The notes beneath the pieces were generated by a model. The model did not search any database, was not told where the DNA came from, and saw only the letters and a program-made list of their open reading frames with translations. Of a stretch of 22,378 bases of DNA, positions 8,916 to 17,754 are shown in pieces; the first letter of the stretch is position 1, and each line of letters opens with the position of its first letter. This DNA is from a bacterium (GTDB lineage Bacteria; Sysuimicrobiota; Sysuimicrobiia; Sysuimicrobiales; Humicultoraceae), in the NCBI GenBank assembly GCA_041497675.1, contig JBGQGY010000056.1, positions 1 through 22,378 of the forward strand, in the 5' to 3' direction. Made by a program: the position numbers and the translations under genes.

Positions 8916-9884
8916 TTAGACGCCCGTCTCCACAATAGCCGCGTCGATCTGCGCCAGACCCTCTTTGCTGAGCTGAATGTCTGAGGCCGAAAGCCATCCG
9001 TCGACCTGCACCGGGGTTCGTGCACCGACAATCGCGCCTGTGACGCCAGGCGTCACCAACGTCCACGCGATCGCGAGCGTGGCGGCGCTCACCCCGAGAC
9101 GATTGGCCATCGGGCGCAGATGGTCTACAAATCCAAGGGTGCGGGAAAGTTGCGGCTCTTGAAACCGCGCGAGCCGCCGCCGCCCGTCATCGTCGGGAAG
9201 ATTGGCGATCCGTGCGCGGTCAAAGGTGCCGGTCAGCAGACCGGTGGCGAGGGGCGCATAGACGATGACTCCGATGCCATTCGCCCGACACCACGGGATC
9301 ACACTCGTAGCCGAGGCCCGGTTGATCAGACTCAGGGGAACTTGTTCTGAGTCCACCGGTCGGATCATATGACAGCGTGCGAGAAGCGACACGTCGAAGT
9401 TCGACACGCCACCCCAACGCACTTTCCCCTGATCGATCAACTCGATCATCGTCGCCCACGAATCTTCAACGGCGGTCCCGATCGCGTCGGGCCAATGAAA
9501 CTGATAGAGATCGATGCGTTCGACGCCCAGCCGCTTCAGGCTCTGCTCGCACTCGGACCGGATCGACTCCGGGCGGAGGTCCCTGACCATCGCGCCGGTG
9601 CCCCCAGACCAGTTCTGGCCGCCCTTGGTAAAGATGTACACGGTGTCTCCGATCTTGAACGGGGCCAGCGCGCGTCCCACCACTTCCTCCGAGTGCCCAA
9701 GGCCGTACACCGCAGCGGTGTCGACCCAATTGATACCGGATTCCACGGCATGCCTGATCGTGGCGATGGATTCCTGGTCATCGACGGCGCCCAGGCCGAA
9801 CCCGCCCGCGCCGCCAAATCCCCATGTGCCGAGCCCGATCACCGAAATGTTCGGGCCATGCACTCCCAGCCGCCGTTGTCGCAC
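8916..9884 (-). CDS. Aldo/keto reductase
   Basis: GLGTW, DTAAVYG (catalytic Asp/Tyr), FTKG (Lys), SLKRLGVERIDLYQFHWP (His), GVSNF, YAPLATGLLTG, AIVGART; GGAGG RBS before GTG. Confidence 0.93.
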   Translation of the reverse strand: MRQRRLGVHGPNISVIGLGTWGFGGAGGFGLGAVDDQESIATIRHAVESGINWVDTAAVYGLGHSEEVVGRALAPFKIGDTVYIFTKGGQNWSGGTGAMVRDLRPESIRSECEQSLKRLGVERIDLYQFHWPDAIGTAVEDSWATMIELIDQGKVRWGGVSNFDVSLLARCHMIRPVDSEQVPLSLINRASATSVIPWCRANGIGVIVYAPLATGLLTGTFDRARIANLPDDDGRRRLARFQEPQLSRTLGFVDHLRPMANRLGVSAATLAIAWTLVTPGVTGAIVGARTPVQVDGWLSASDIQLSKEGLAQIDAAIVETGV

Positions 9885-9909
9885 GAGGACCCTCCGCTTC
9901 GCGGTGTCG

Positions 9910-11004
9910 CTACCGGCTGACGACTTCCGGACCCTGGTCCGTGATCAGGACGCTGTCTCCCTGACCAACGATCAGCGTCGGCAGGCGGACGTGGAGTTGG
10001 ACGCAGACGCACATGCCGGGTGCAAAGACGGCATCCACATCCGTTCCCCGCGGGGGCTCGTCATAGCGCAGCCCCAGACCGCGGAACATCCCGTACATCT
10101 TCTTGTCCAGCAGGTTGTGACGCGTCAGGACGCCGTCGGCGGCCCTCGCGGCCTTGCCCAACGTCTCCCCCGGCACGAGATGCTCGATGGCGGCACGTTG
10201 CGCCTCGACCACGGCCTCGTGTGTCCGGAGCGCGTCCGGATCCGTTCGTCCGCCGGGGACGAACACGTTGCGCGAGATGTTTGCCCAGTAGCCGTTCCAA
10301 TGCGCGTGACTCAAGATCCAGACCGGCTCGCCGGCGCCGACTCTCCGGCCGTGCGCGCCATCATGCAGCCGGCCCAGCCGCTCGCCACTCAGGACGTTGG
10401 TATTCGCCACGGCCATGGCGTCGGGCCATCGCCGCGCAGCCTCGGCGTACAACTCCCCGTCGAAGAACCCTTTGATCTCAAGCTCGGACATTCCCGGCGC
10501 GAGCGCCTCTGCGGTTTTTCGAAGCGCGAACCCCATGAGCTCCGCGGCGCGCCTGAAAGCCAGTTGCTCGGTCTCATCCTTGATGAGCCGGAGCCGGTTG
10601 ACCGCCGGTGTCACGTCGTCGAAGGTCCACTTGGCAAAGGCGCCTTCCAGCGCCCGGAACCGATCCAGGGTGACCGTCCCAAACTCCACGCCGAGCCGGC
10701 CGGCCGCCGTCCCGGTCTTCGCCAGCTGCTGGCGACTGAGATCGGCTGCAGTCCTGTAGCCTCCCGGACCGGGGTCGTACGGCTCGACACGGACCCGGCT
10801 CGCCAGACGAGCCAGCGACTCGTCGGCCTCCGGCACGAACAACGCCGGCGCGCCCGCGGCGGGAACGACCGCAAAGGTGAGAGGGCTGTGAGACGTCCAA
10901 ACGTAATGCCCGGTAAAATAGCGGATGCTCTCCATCGACGTGATCAGCGCGGCGTGCTGGCCGCTCCGGGACAGCTCGTACTGCAGTGACTCGACGCGAT
11001 CCAA
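9910..11004 (-). CDS. M24 (Xaa-Pro peptidase/creatinase) fold protein lacking the canonical metal ligands
   Basis: Start assigned to TTG at 11004 behind AAAAGGAG; creatinase-N-like region (SIRYFTG), RLIKDETE, PGMSELE, GYWANISR, RGLGL, DSVLITDQGPEVVS. Confidence 0.8.
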   Translation of the reverse strand: MDRVESLQYELSRSGQHAALITSMESIRYFTGHYVWTSHSPLTFAVVPAAGAPALFVPEADESLARLASRVRVEPYDPGPGGYRTAADLSRQQLAKTGTAAGRLGVEFGTVTLDRFRALEGAFAKWTFDDVTPAVNRLRLIKDETEQLAFRRAAELMGFALRKTAEALAPGMSELEIKGFFDGELYAEAARRWPDAMAVANTNVLSGERLGRLHDGAHGRRVGAGEPVWILSHAHWNGYWANISRNVFVPGGRTDPDALRTHEAVVEAQRAAIEHLVPGETLGKAARAADGVLTRHNLLDKKMYGMFRGLGLRYDEPPRGTDVDAVFAPGMCVCVQLHVRLPTLIVGQGDSVLITDQGPEVVSR

Positions 11005-11166
11005 TGCCGGAACTCCTTTTGAGAGAAGTGGGCGCGTTCGATGATTCGCGGGTTTCAGACAATCCTCCTCGCCTGGGGAGGTGCGAGTCGGCCGTTTGAG
11101 GAAACAGGAGGGCACACCAGGCATACGGTAAGGCTTGTGTCACGCTAACAACGGGAGGCAGCGCCA

Positions 11167-12753
11167 ATGGCAGGCTCTCGGGTGTATCGATGGCTAGTGG
11201 TCGTCATGATTCTTGGAATGCTGTCAGCGACATTGGGCGGCGGCCCGCCGGCGGGGGCACAGAGTCGAGGGAACATCCTGGGCGTGGCCATGCACTTCTA
11301 CCCCAGCACCTTCGACCCGGCGATCGGCGTCGCGGGGACACACTACCGAATCTTCGTGAACACCTATGAGGGCTTGGTCGACTACAAGATCGGGACGGCC
11401 AACATCGTCCCGGCCCTCGCGCAGTCGTGGTCGGTGTCGACCGATCTGACGACGTTCACGTTCCGGTTGCGTCCGAACGTGCGCTTTCACGACGGCTCCA
11501 CGATGGACGCCGAGGCGGTCAAACTGTCCTTCGATCGGGTGAAGAAGATCGGTCAGGGACCGTCCGTGTACCTGCGGTCGATGCGCGAAATCCAGGCGGT
11601 CGATCCGCAAACGGTGCGCATCGTCCTGACCCAGCCGTCGGCCACCTTCTTGTATGGGCTCTCCAAAGTCTACATCCACGGCAAGACCCACGTGACCGAT
11701 CCCGACGACGGCCGCGCGTGGTTCGCCGCCAACATCAACGGCACCGGCCCGTTCCGCATCGTCCAGGCCGAGAAGGACCAGCACATCGTGATGCAGCGGC
11801 ACTCGACGTACTGGCAGGGGTGGGCGGACCGGCACATCGAGGGCGTGTTGATTCGGATCATTCCCGACGCCGCCACGCAAAAGCTGATGCTCGAGCGTGG
11901 CGAGGTCGACATGATGAACCTCTACTCGATTGGGCCCGATGAGTCTCCCGACAACCTCGCGAAGCGGCCCGGCGTGAAGCTCGTCCGGAGCCCCACGTAC
12001 CGCACGTATATCTACCCATTCAACACACAGAAGCCCAACTCACCACTGCGGGACAAGCGCGTGCGCAAGGCGCTCGCCCTGGCCTTCGACTACGATGCCG
12101 TCAAGGACATCTTCTACGGCTCTGCGACGACGCCAAACGGCTTTCTCGCGCCCGGATTTACCGGTCATGACGCGCGACGGCCGAAGTTCAAGCGCGACAT
12201 CGCCGCGGCGAAACGGCTGCTGGCCGAGGCCGGGGTCGCCAACGGCTTCGACATGGAAGGCCTCGTCTATCAGGAGGAAGAGCAGGGCCGCAAGTTGGGG
12301 TTGCTCCTCCAGGCCGCGTTCCGCGACGTGGGCGTCAACATGAAAGTGGGATACGCGCCGCCGATCGGCGTGTTCATCGGCCAGATGGAAAAGCTCGAGA
12401 CGTCCGCAATGGCCGGGGCGCACCTCATGATGGCTCCGCTCACCGCCGACGCGGGGACGTACTTCCGCCAGGTGTTTGGCGGTGACAATGCGGGCAAACC
12501 CTGGAACCACTCGTGGTATGCGAATGCGGACGTCGACCGCCTCCTCAACGAAGCCGAGCGGACCGCCGATGAAGGACGCCGCATCGAGCTATGGCGCCGC
12601 GCGGAGACCATTATTATCGACGACCAGCCGGTCATCTTCGTGGCGTGGGCGACGCCGATCGTCGAGCCGGTGCGGGAACGCCTCATGAACTACCTCTACC
12701 ACCCGCTGGACTACAGCGGCATTTTCCAGTTCTACAACGTGTACTTCCGCTAG
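11167..12753 (+). CDS. ABC transporter substrate-binding protein, SBP family 5 (OppA/DppA-like), Sec signal peptide
   Basis: GGGAGG RBS; hydrophobic signal ending AGA-Q; PALAQSW, FRLRPNVRFHDG, GTGPF, RVRKALALAFD; followed by permeases. Confidence 0.93.
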   Translation: MAGSRVYRWLVVVMILGMLSATLGGGPPAGAQSRGNILGVAMHFYPSTFDPAIGVAGTHYRIFVNTYEGLVDYKIGTANIVPALAQSWSVSTDLTTFTFRLRPNVRFHDGSTMDAEAVKLSFDRVKKIGQGPSVYLRSMREIQAVDPQTVRIVLTQPSATFLYGLSKVYIHGKTHVTDPDDGRAWFAANINGTGPFRIVQAEKDQHIVMQRHSTYWQGWADRHIEGVLIRIIPDAATQKLMLERGEVDMMNLYSIGPDESPDNLAKRPGVKLVRSPTYRTYIYPFNTQKPNSPLRDKRVRKALALAFDYDAVKDIFYGSATTPNGFLAPGFTGHDARRPKFKRDIAAAKRLLAEAGVANGFDMEGLVYQEEEQGRKLGLLLQAAFRDVGVNMKVGYAPPIGVFIGQMEKLETSAMAGAHLMMAPLTADAGTYFRQVFGGDNAGKPWNHSWYANADVDRLLNEAERTADEGRRIELWRRAETIIIDDQPVIFVAWATPIVEPVRERLMNYLYHPLDYSGIFQFYNVYFR

Positions 12754-12763
12754 GTTGACCGGG

Positions 12764-12799
12764 GTGTGCGGGCGGTACTGAGAGACGCCGCCCGCGCAC
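12764..12799 (+). promoter_or_regulatory. GC-rich intercistronic stem-loop after the binding-protein gene (candidate mRNA stabiliser or partial terminator)
   Basis: GTGTGCGGGCGG (12764-12775) pairs with CCGCCCGCGCAC (12788-12799) with one G-U pair and a 12-nt loop; no U-tract follows. Confidence 0.6.
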
Positions 12800-12814
12800 G
12801 TCTCCGCGCTCCCG

Positions 12815-13825
12815 ATGTCCTGGCGGTTTGTCATGGCGCGACTCCTCTGGGCCGGAGTCGTGCTGATTGCGATCACCCTCGCGACGTTCGTGCTCACGCG
12901 TCTGATACCCGCCGATCCGGCCCGCGCGGCGGCCGGACCCGAGGCGAGCGCGCAGGCGGTGGAACGTCTCCGGCAAGAGATGGGTCTTGATCGTCCTCTC
13001 GCGGTCCAGTATCTGCACTACCTCCGTGACCTAGCGCTCTTGAATTTTGGCCGATCGATTCAGACGCAGCGGTATGTCCGAGAAGATCTCCGAGCGTTCT
13101 TTCCAGCGACGGCCGAACTCGCGGTCGTCGTCATCGTCGTCTACACAGTAGCGTCGATCGCCCTGGGCGTGCTGGCGGCCGTGTACCAGGGGCGAACGCT
13201 CGACTATGTCCTTCGCGTGATCGGGATGATCGGCGCCGGGTTGCCGTCCTTTTGGCTCGGCATGCTCCTGCAGCTCGTGTTCTACCGGGACCTCGGATGG
13301 CTGCCGGCGGCGGCGCGGCTCGATCCCATGGTGCCCGCCCCTTTTCGCCTGACCGGGTTTTATCTTGTCGACAGCGTGGTGACCGGTAACTGGGCCGCGT
13401 GGCGTTCCTCGATGGAACATTTGGTGCTCCCCGTGATTGCGGCGGTGATGGCGAGGCTGGCCGTCGGCCTGAAGCTCACGCGGGTCACGATGCTCGAGGT
13501 GCTCGGTGAAGCCTATATCCGCACGGCGCGGAGCAAAGGGCTCCCCGGGTCGACGGTTATCCTCAGACACGGGCTGAGAAACGCGCTCATCCCTATCATT
13601 ACGGCACTGGGTCTGCAGTTCAGCGCGCTGCTCGGCGGGACCGTGATCGTCGAAGTGGTCTTCGCGTGGCCCGGCATCGGCCGGTACGCGCTCGGGTCCA
13701 TCAGGACGCTCGACTTCCCCGCGATCATGAGCGTGACCGTCGTACTCGCGGCGGTGTTCCTCGTGATCAACATGATCGTCGACATCCTCTACATCGCGCT
13801 GGATCCGCGGATCAGATACTCGTGA
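12815..13825 (+). CDS. Peptide ABC transporter permease (OppB/DppB-like)
   Basis: GLDRPLAVQY, PATAELA, PSFWLG, EAA loop YIRTARSKGL, ends LDPRIRY. Confidence 0.95.
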   Translation: MSWRFVMARLLWAGVVLIAITLATFVLTRLIPADPARAAAGPEASAQAVERLRQEMGLDRPLAVQYLHYLRDLALLNFGRSIQTQRYVREDLRAFFPATAELAVVVIVVYTVASIALGVLAAVYQGRTLDYVLRVIGMIGAGLPSFWLGMLLQLVFYRDLGWLPAAARLDPMVPAPFRLTGFYLVDSVVTGNWAAWRSSMEHLVLPVIAAVMARLAVGLKLTRVTMLEVLGEAYIRTARSKGLPGSTVILRHGLRNALIPIITALGLQFSALLGGTVIVEVVFAWPGIGRYALGSIRTLDFPAIMSVTVVLAAVFLVINMIVDILYIALDPRIRYS

Positions 13826-14709
13826 GCGCATCCGAGGCGGTTGTCCGCCGCGTAGGGCAGGCAGCGAGTCTCCTGCGGTCGCCGCGCCGGCGAACCGCGA
13901 GATTCCTGCCCGTGATCGTCCTGGGGGCGCTTGCCGCGGTGATCGTCATGATCGGCGTGTTGGCACCACTCATCGCGCGAAAGGATCCGAACGCGCTCAA
14001 CATCGCGCGGCCGTTGCGACCACCCGCCGCGGACGCATGGTTTGGCACCGACGAGACCGGACGCGACATCCTCAGCCGGACGATCTGGGGGACCCGTCTC
14101 TCGCTCCTGTCCGCGGGGGCCGTGTTGCTGATCGCGGTCTCGATCGGCGTGATCGTGGGGGCCGTGGCCGGCTACGGAGGTGGTCTTGCCGATCAGGTGT
14201 TGATGCGAACCGCCGATCTGTTTCTGGCGTTTCCCGCGCTCATCCTGGCCATTGCGCTGACGGCCGCGTTGGGACCGAGCCTGCGGAACGCCGTGCTGTC
14301 GATCGGTATCGTGTGGTGGCCGATCTACGCGCGGCTCGTGCGCAGCCGCGTCCTGTCGGTGCGGGAGAACCTATACGTGGAGGCCGCGCGCGCCCTGGGA
14401 CTCTCGGATGCCGGTGTGCTCGTCCGTCACGTCCTCCCACAGTGCTGGGGCACCATCGTCTCGCGCATCACGGTCGACATCGGGTACGCTATCATCTTGA
14501 CGGCCAGCCTCAGCTTTCTTGGATTGGGCAGCCAACCGCCGACACCCGAGTGGGGGAGCATGATCGCGACGTCGCGCCCGTACTTCTTCTCCTATTGGTG
14601 GACGGTGACGTTCCCCGGGCTGGCGATGTTCGTCGCGGTGACGGTGTTTAGTTTTCTTGGCGACGCACTCTATGACACTTTTGGGATCAAGGCTGACCGC
14701 CAGATCTGA
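13822..14709 (+). CDS. Peptide ABC transporter permease (OppC/DppC-like)
   Basis: Start assigned to GTG 13822 (GTGA overlap with upstream stop); WFGTDETGRDILSR, YVEAARALG, LSFLGLG-PPTPEWG. Confidence 0.93.
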   Translation: MSASEAVVRRVGQAASLLRSPRRRTARFLPVIVLGALAAVIVMIGVLAPLIARKDPNALNIARPLRPPAADAWFGTDETGRDILSRTIWGTRLSLLSAGAVLLIAVSIGVIVGAVAGYGGGLADQVLMRTADLFLAFPALILAIALTAALGPSLRNAVLSIGIVWWPIYARLVRSRVLSVRENLYVEAARALGLSDAGVLVRHVLPQCWGTIVSRITVDIGYAIILTASLSFLGLGSQPPTPEWGSMIATSRPYFFSYWWTVTFPGLAMFVAVTVFSFLGDALYDTFGIKADRQI

Positions 14710-14720
14710 GGGGGGCTAAC

Positions 14721-15833
14721 GTGAGCGTTGCAGAGCGGATGGAGCGCGTGCACACCTTCCTACGCGATGAGGGCGTCCCTCTTGCCCTGATCCATGATCC
14801 CTTCAATGTTTGCTACCTCACAGGCTACTGGACGATCTTGTCTGGAATTCCCGGCACGGAGACACTGCTGGTTGTCCCTGAATCAGCGGCACCGTATCTT
14901 GCGGTACCCGGGTTAGAGGTGACGCTGGCGCAGGAGCAGTGTCCCGGTCTCGACATTCGTTACCTGCGTCCGGCCGAGACGCGGGTCGGCAGCCAGCGCC
15001 GGCCTTCGCAGACCGTGGGGCACCTCGTGACCCAGGCGTTGTCCGCCGTCCCACCGGGGGCGATGGTAGGTGTCGACGCGTCGCTGCTGCGTTCCGACCG
15101 GCGTGAGGCTCTGATGGAACAGCTTCGTGGCCGCCCGGTGAAGGATCTCACGCCCTGGCTCGCCGGCCAGCGGGCGAGCAAAGACGTCGACGAGCAGCAG
15201 CGGACCCGTGCGAGTGCACGGATCGTCGCGCAGGCGGCCGCCGCCATCGCGCGGGTGCTGCGCCCAGGCGTCACCGAGCAGGCCCTGGCCAGTGAGGCTG
15301 TGCGCGTGATCTGGGCGCACGGCGGGACGGTGAGCCATCTGGTCGTCGCGAGCGGGCCGCGCGCGGCGCTCCCGCATGCCCTGCCGACGGCCAGGGCGGT
15401 AGGTCCCGGTGAGTTTGTCGTCGTCGACATCGGCGTGTTCCACGAGCACTATTGGGCGGAGATCGCGCGGACGTTCGTCGCAGGCACGCCGACTGCCGAG
15501 CAGTCGCGTCTGCTCTCCCTTGTCGGTCGCGCGCAGGTCGCCGCGCGCGGGGCGCTCAAGGCCGGGGTCAGTGCGTGCGATGTCGATGAGGCGGCACGGG
15601 CGGTGCTCCGCGACGCCGGTTTTGATGACGGCGTCTACATCCATTCCACGGGGCACGGTCTCGGCATCATGGGCATGGATGCGCCGGCCATCGCTCCGCA
15701 CAACACGGCTCCGGTTCCCCTCAATGCCGCGCTGACGATTGAGCCGGGACTCTACTTCCCGGGATCCGGGGGGATTCGCATTGAGGACAGTTTTCTGGTC
15801 CGTGACTCCGGAGCAGAGTGTCTCACCGAGTGA
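14721..15833 (+). CDS. M24 family Xaa-Pro peptidase-like protein (variant metal site)
   Basis: NVCYLTG, ALPH, VVDIG..YWAEIART (second Asp replaced by Glu), HSTGHGLG, TIEPGLY, GIRIED. Confidence 0.88.
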   Translation: MSVAERMERVHTFLRDEGVPLALIHDPFNVCYLTGYWTILSGIPGTETLLVVPESAAPYLAVPGLEVTLAQEQCPGLDIRYLRPAETRVGSQRRPSQTVGHLVTQALSAVPPGAMVGVDASLLRSDRREALMEQLRGRPVKDLTPWLAGQRASKDVDEQQRTRASARIVAQAAAAIARVLRPGVTEQALASEAVRVIWAHGGTVSHLVVASGPRAALPHALPTARAVGPGEFVVVDIGVFHEHYWAEIARTFVAGTPTAEQSRLLSLVGRAQVAARGALKAGVSACDVDEAARAVLRDAGFDDGVYIHSTGHGLGIMGMDAPAIAPHNTAPVPLNAALTIEPGLYFPGSGGIRIEDSFLVRDSGAECLTE

Positions 15834-15859
15834 CGCAGAACAGTTATGAGGAGGCCCGC

Positions 15860-16615
15860 ATGCGCTTGAAGGGGAAGGTCGCCATCATCACGGGAGGAGC
15901 GTCCGGGATCGGGCGCGCGTGTTCGATACTCTTTGCCGGCGAAGGGGCGCGGGTTGTGGTCGCCGACATCGACACCGCGGGCGGCGAGGAGACCGTCCGC
16001 GCCATCCGTGGGGCCGGGCACACGGCCATGTTCGTGCCCACCGACGTCACGCGCGCCGCCGCCGCCGAGCGCCTGGTCGATGAGACGGTGCACGCGTTTG
16101 GGGGCATCCACGTCGTCGTGTACACCGCCGGCATCATCCGCTACGGGACCGTGGTCGATACGCCCGAAGAGGTCTGGGACGACGTGTTGAACGTGAATCT
16201 CAAAGGCATCTTCCTCTGCGCCAAGTACGTCATCCCCCGCATGATTGCGGGCGGTGGTGGGTCGATCATCAACACGTCATCTGCGGCCGGGCTTGTCGCG
16301 GCGCTCAACCAGTGCGCGTACGATGCGGCCAAGGCCGGCGTCGTCAACCTCTCGCGCCAGATGGCGCTCGACTTCGCGCAATACAACATCCGTGTGAACT
16401 GTCTGGTCCCCGGCGGGATCGACACGCCGATGTCCCGGGCATTCATCGCCAAGCGTCAGGCGCGCTTCGAGGACGTCTCGAAGAACTGGGGAGCGTTCAA
16501 GCGCTTCGGCACGGCCGAAGAAGTCGCCCGCGTCGCGCTGTTTCTCGCGTCCGACGAGGCGTCGTTCGTCACCGGCGCGCCATTCATCGTCGACGGGGGT
16601 TTTACCGCGCAATAG
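15860..16615 (+). CDS. Short-chain dehydrogenase/reductase, probably NAD(H)-preferring
   Basis: Start at ATG 15860 behind GAGGAGG; TGGASGIG, acidic VADID after beta-2, YTAG in place of NNAG, YDAAK, FVTGAPFIVDGG. Confidence 0.93.
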   Translation: MRLKGKVAIITGGASGIGRACSILFAGEGARVVVADIDTAGGEETVRAIRGAGHTAMFVPTDVTRAAAAERLVDETVHAFGGIHVVVYTAGIIRYGTVVDTPEEVWDDVLNVNLKGIFLCAKYVIPRMIAGGGGSIINTSSAAGLVAALNQCAYDAAKAGVVNLSRQMALDFAQYNIRVNCLVPGGIDTPMSRAFIAKRQARFEDVSKNWGAFKRFGTAEEVARVALFLASDEASFVTGAPFIVDGGFTAQ

Positions 16616-16651
16616 CCGCGGGCCGCGAGAATCCACACCGGAGGTGCAGGC

Positions 16652-16981
16652 ATGATTTTCGTTGTGATCGCATACGGGTCTCCAACCTTCGAACCGGGAA
16701 AAGCCGGTGACGCCCCGTTTCGGTCGCACCGCTATCGGGAGCGACTCATCCAGGAAGGGAAGATTGTCGTACACGGGCATCTTGCGGGGCAAAAGGGACA
16801 CCTGTGGGTGTACAACGTCAGCGGCCCCGACGAGCTGGATCGTGTGGTGGCCGAGGATCCCATGTACCCCTGGCTTCAAAACGATCCTTCGATCCACATG
16901 TTGATTTCTGAAGAACGCGCCCATGAGCGAGAACGCACCGCTGAGATGCGGAAGGCGCAGATACAGGCGAAGGGCTCGTGA
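16652..16981 (+). CDS. YciI / muconolactone-isomerase-like dimeric alpha-beta barrel protein
   Basis: GGAGGT RBS; pattern RSHRYRERLIQEGKIVVHG...VYNVSGPDELDRVVAEDPMYPW resembles the YciI (His...Asp-Pro) and MIase fold; its stop overlaps the next gene's start (GTGA). Confidence 0.6.
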   Translation: MIFVVIAYGSPTFEPGKAGDAPFRSHRYRERLIQEGKIVVHGHLAGQKGHLWVYNVSGPDELDRVVAEDPMYPWLQNDPSIHMLISEERAHERERTAEMRKAQIQAKGS

Positions 16982-17754
16982 CCACCGGGGTCGGACGACT
17001 CCGTGACAAAGTGGCGCTGATCACCGGCATCGGCCGCGGCATGGGACGCCACGCGGCGCTCGTGTTTGCGCGCGAGGGCGCGCGGCTCGTCGGGTGCGAC
17101 GTGAATGACGATCAGGGCCGTGAAACCGCGGCACTGGTGTCCGGCGCCGGCGGCGAGATGCTCTTTGCCTCGGCCGACGTCTCGCAAGAACATCAGGTGA
17201 TCGAGGTGGTGCGCCGCGGCGTGGAGCACTACGGCCGGCTCGATATCCTCTACAACAACGCGGGCATCGGCCCCCCAACAGACGCTGTTGCTACCGATCT
17301 GCCCCTTGAGGTCTTCGAGTGGGTCATGCGCGTCAACGTGAACGGGGTATTCTTGTGTAGCAAGCACGCGATACCGCACCTCGTGAAAAACGGCGGCGGA
17401 TCCGTGATCAACGTCGCGTCGATCGGTGGGATCTACGGTGGCGGGGTCCTTCCTATCACCGCCTACGGGACGTCCAAGGCCGCGGTCATCGGCCTGACCC
17501 GCCAGCTTGCGGTGCAGTTTGCGAAGCACCGGGTACGCGTAAACGCGGTGTGCCCGGGGCCGATCGAGACGCCCATCTTGGATCCGTTCTTCGTCGACCC
17601 GGAGGTGAAACGCCGGTTCTCGGCGAGGATCCCCATCGGCCGGATGGGAATCCCCGAGGACGTCGTGCAGTTGTGTGTCTATCTGGCATCGGACGAATCG
17701 TCGTTCATGACCGGTTCTATTCTGACCATTGATGGAGGGATCACCGCATCGTGA
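16978..17754 (+). CDS. Short-chain dehydrogenase/reductase, probably NAD(H)-preferring
   Basis: TGIGRGMG, GCDVN, YNNAGI, NVAS, YGTSK, VNAVCPG, MTGSILTIDGG. Confidence 0.94.
   Translation: MTTGVGRLRDKVALITGIGRGMGRHAALVFAREGARLVGCDVNDDQGRETAALVSGAGGEMLFASADVSQEHQVIEVVRRGVEHYGRLDILYNNAGIGPPTDAVATDLPLEVFEWVMRVNVNGVFLCSKHAIPHLVKNGGGSVINVASIGGIYGGGVLPITAYGTSKAAVIGLTRQLAVQFAKHRVRVNAVCPGPIETPILDPFFVDPEVKRRFSARIPIGRMGIPEDVVQLCVYLASDESSFMTGSILTIDGGITAS

Noticed and set aside
9514..10989. 491-aa plus-strand ORF
   Set aside because: Antisense to the AKR and M24-fold genes, which have clear family motifs and RBSs.
11110..11137. Possible sigma54 promoter (GGCAC / GGCAT...GCTT)
   Set aside because: GG-to-GC spacing does not match the strict GG-N10-GC rule.
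13666..13821. N-terminal extension of the second OppC-like permease
   Set aside because: Overlaps the upstream permease; the GTGA-coupled start at 13822 is more plausible.
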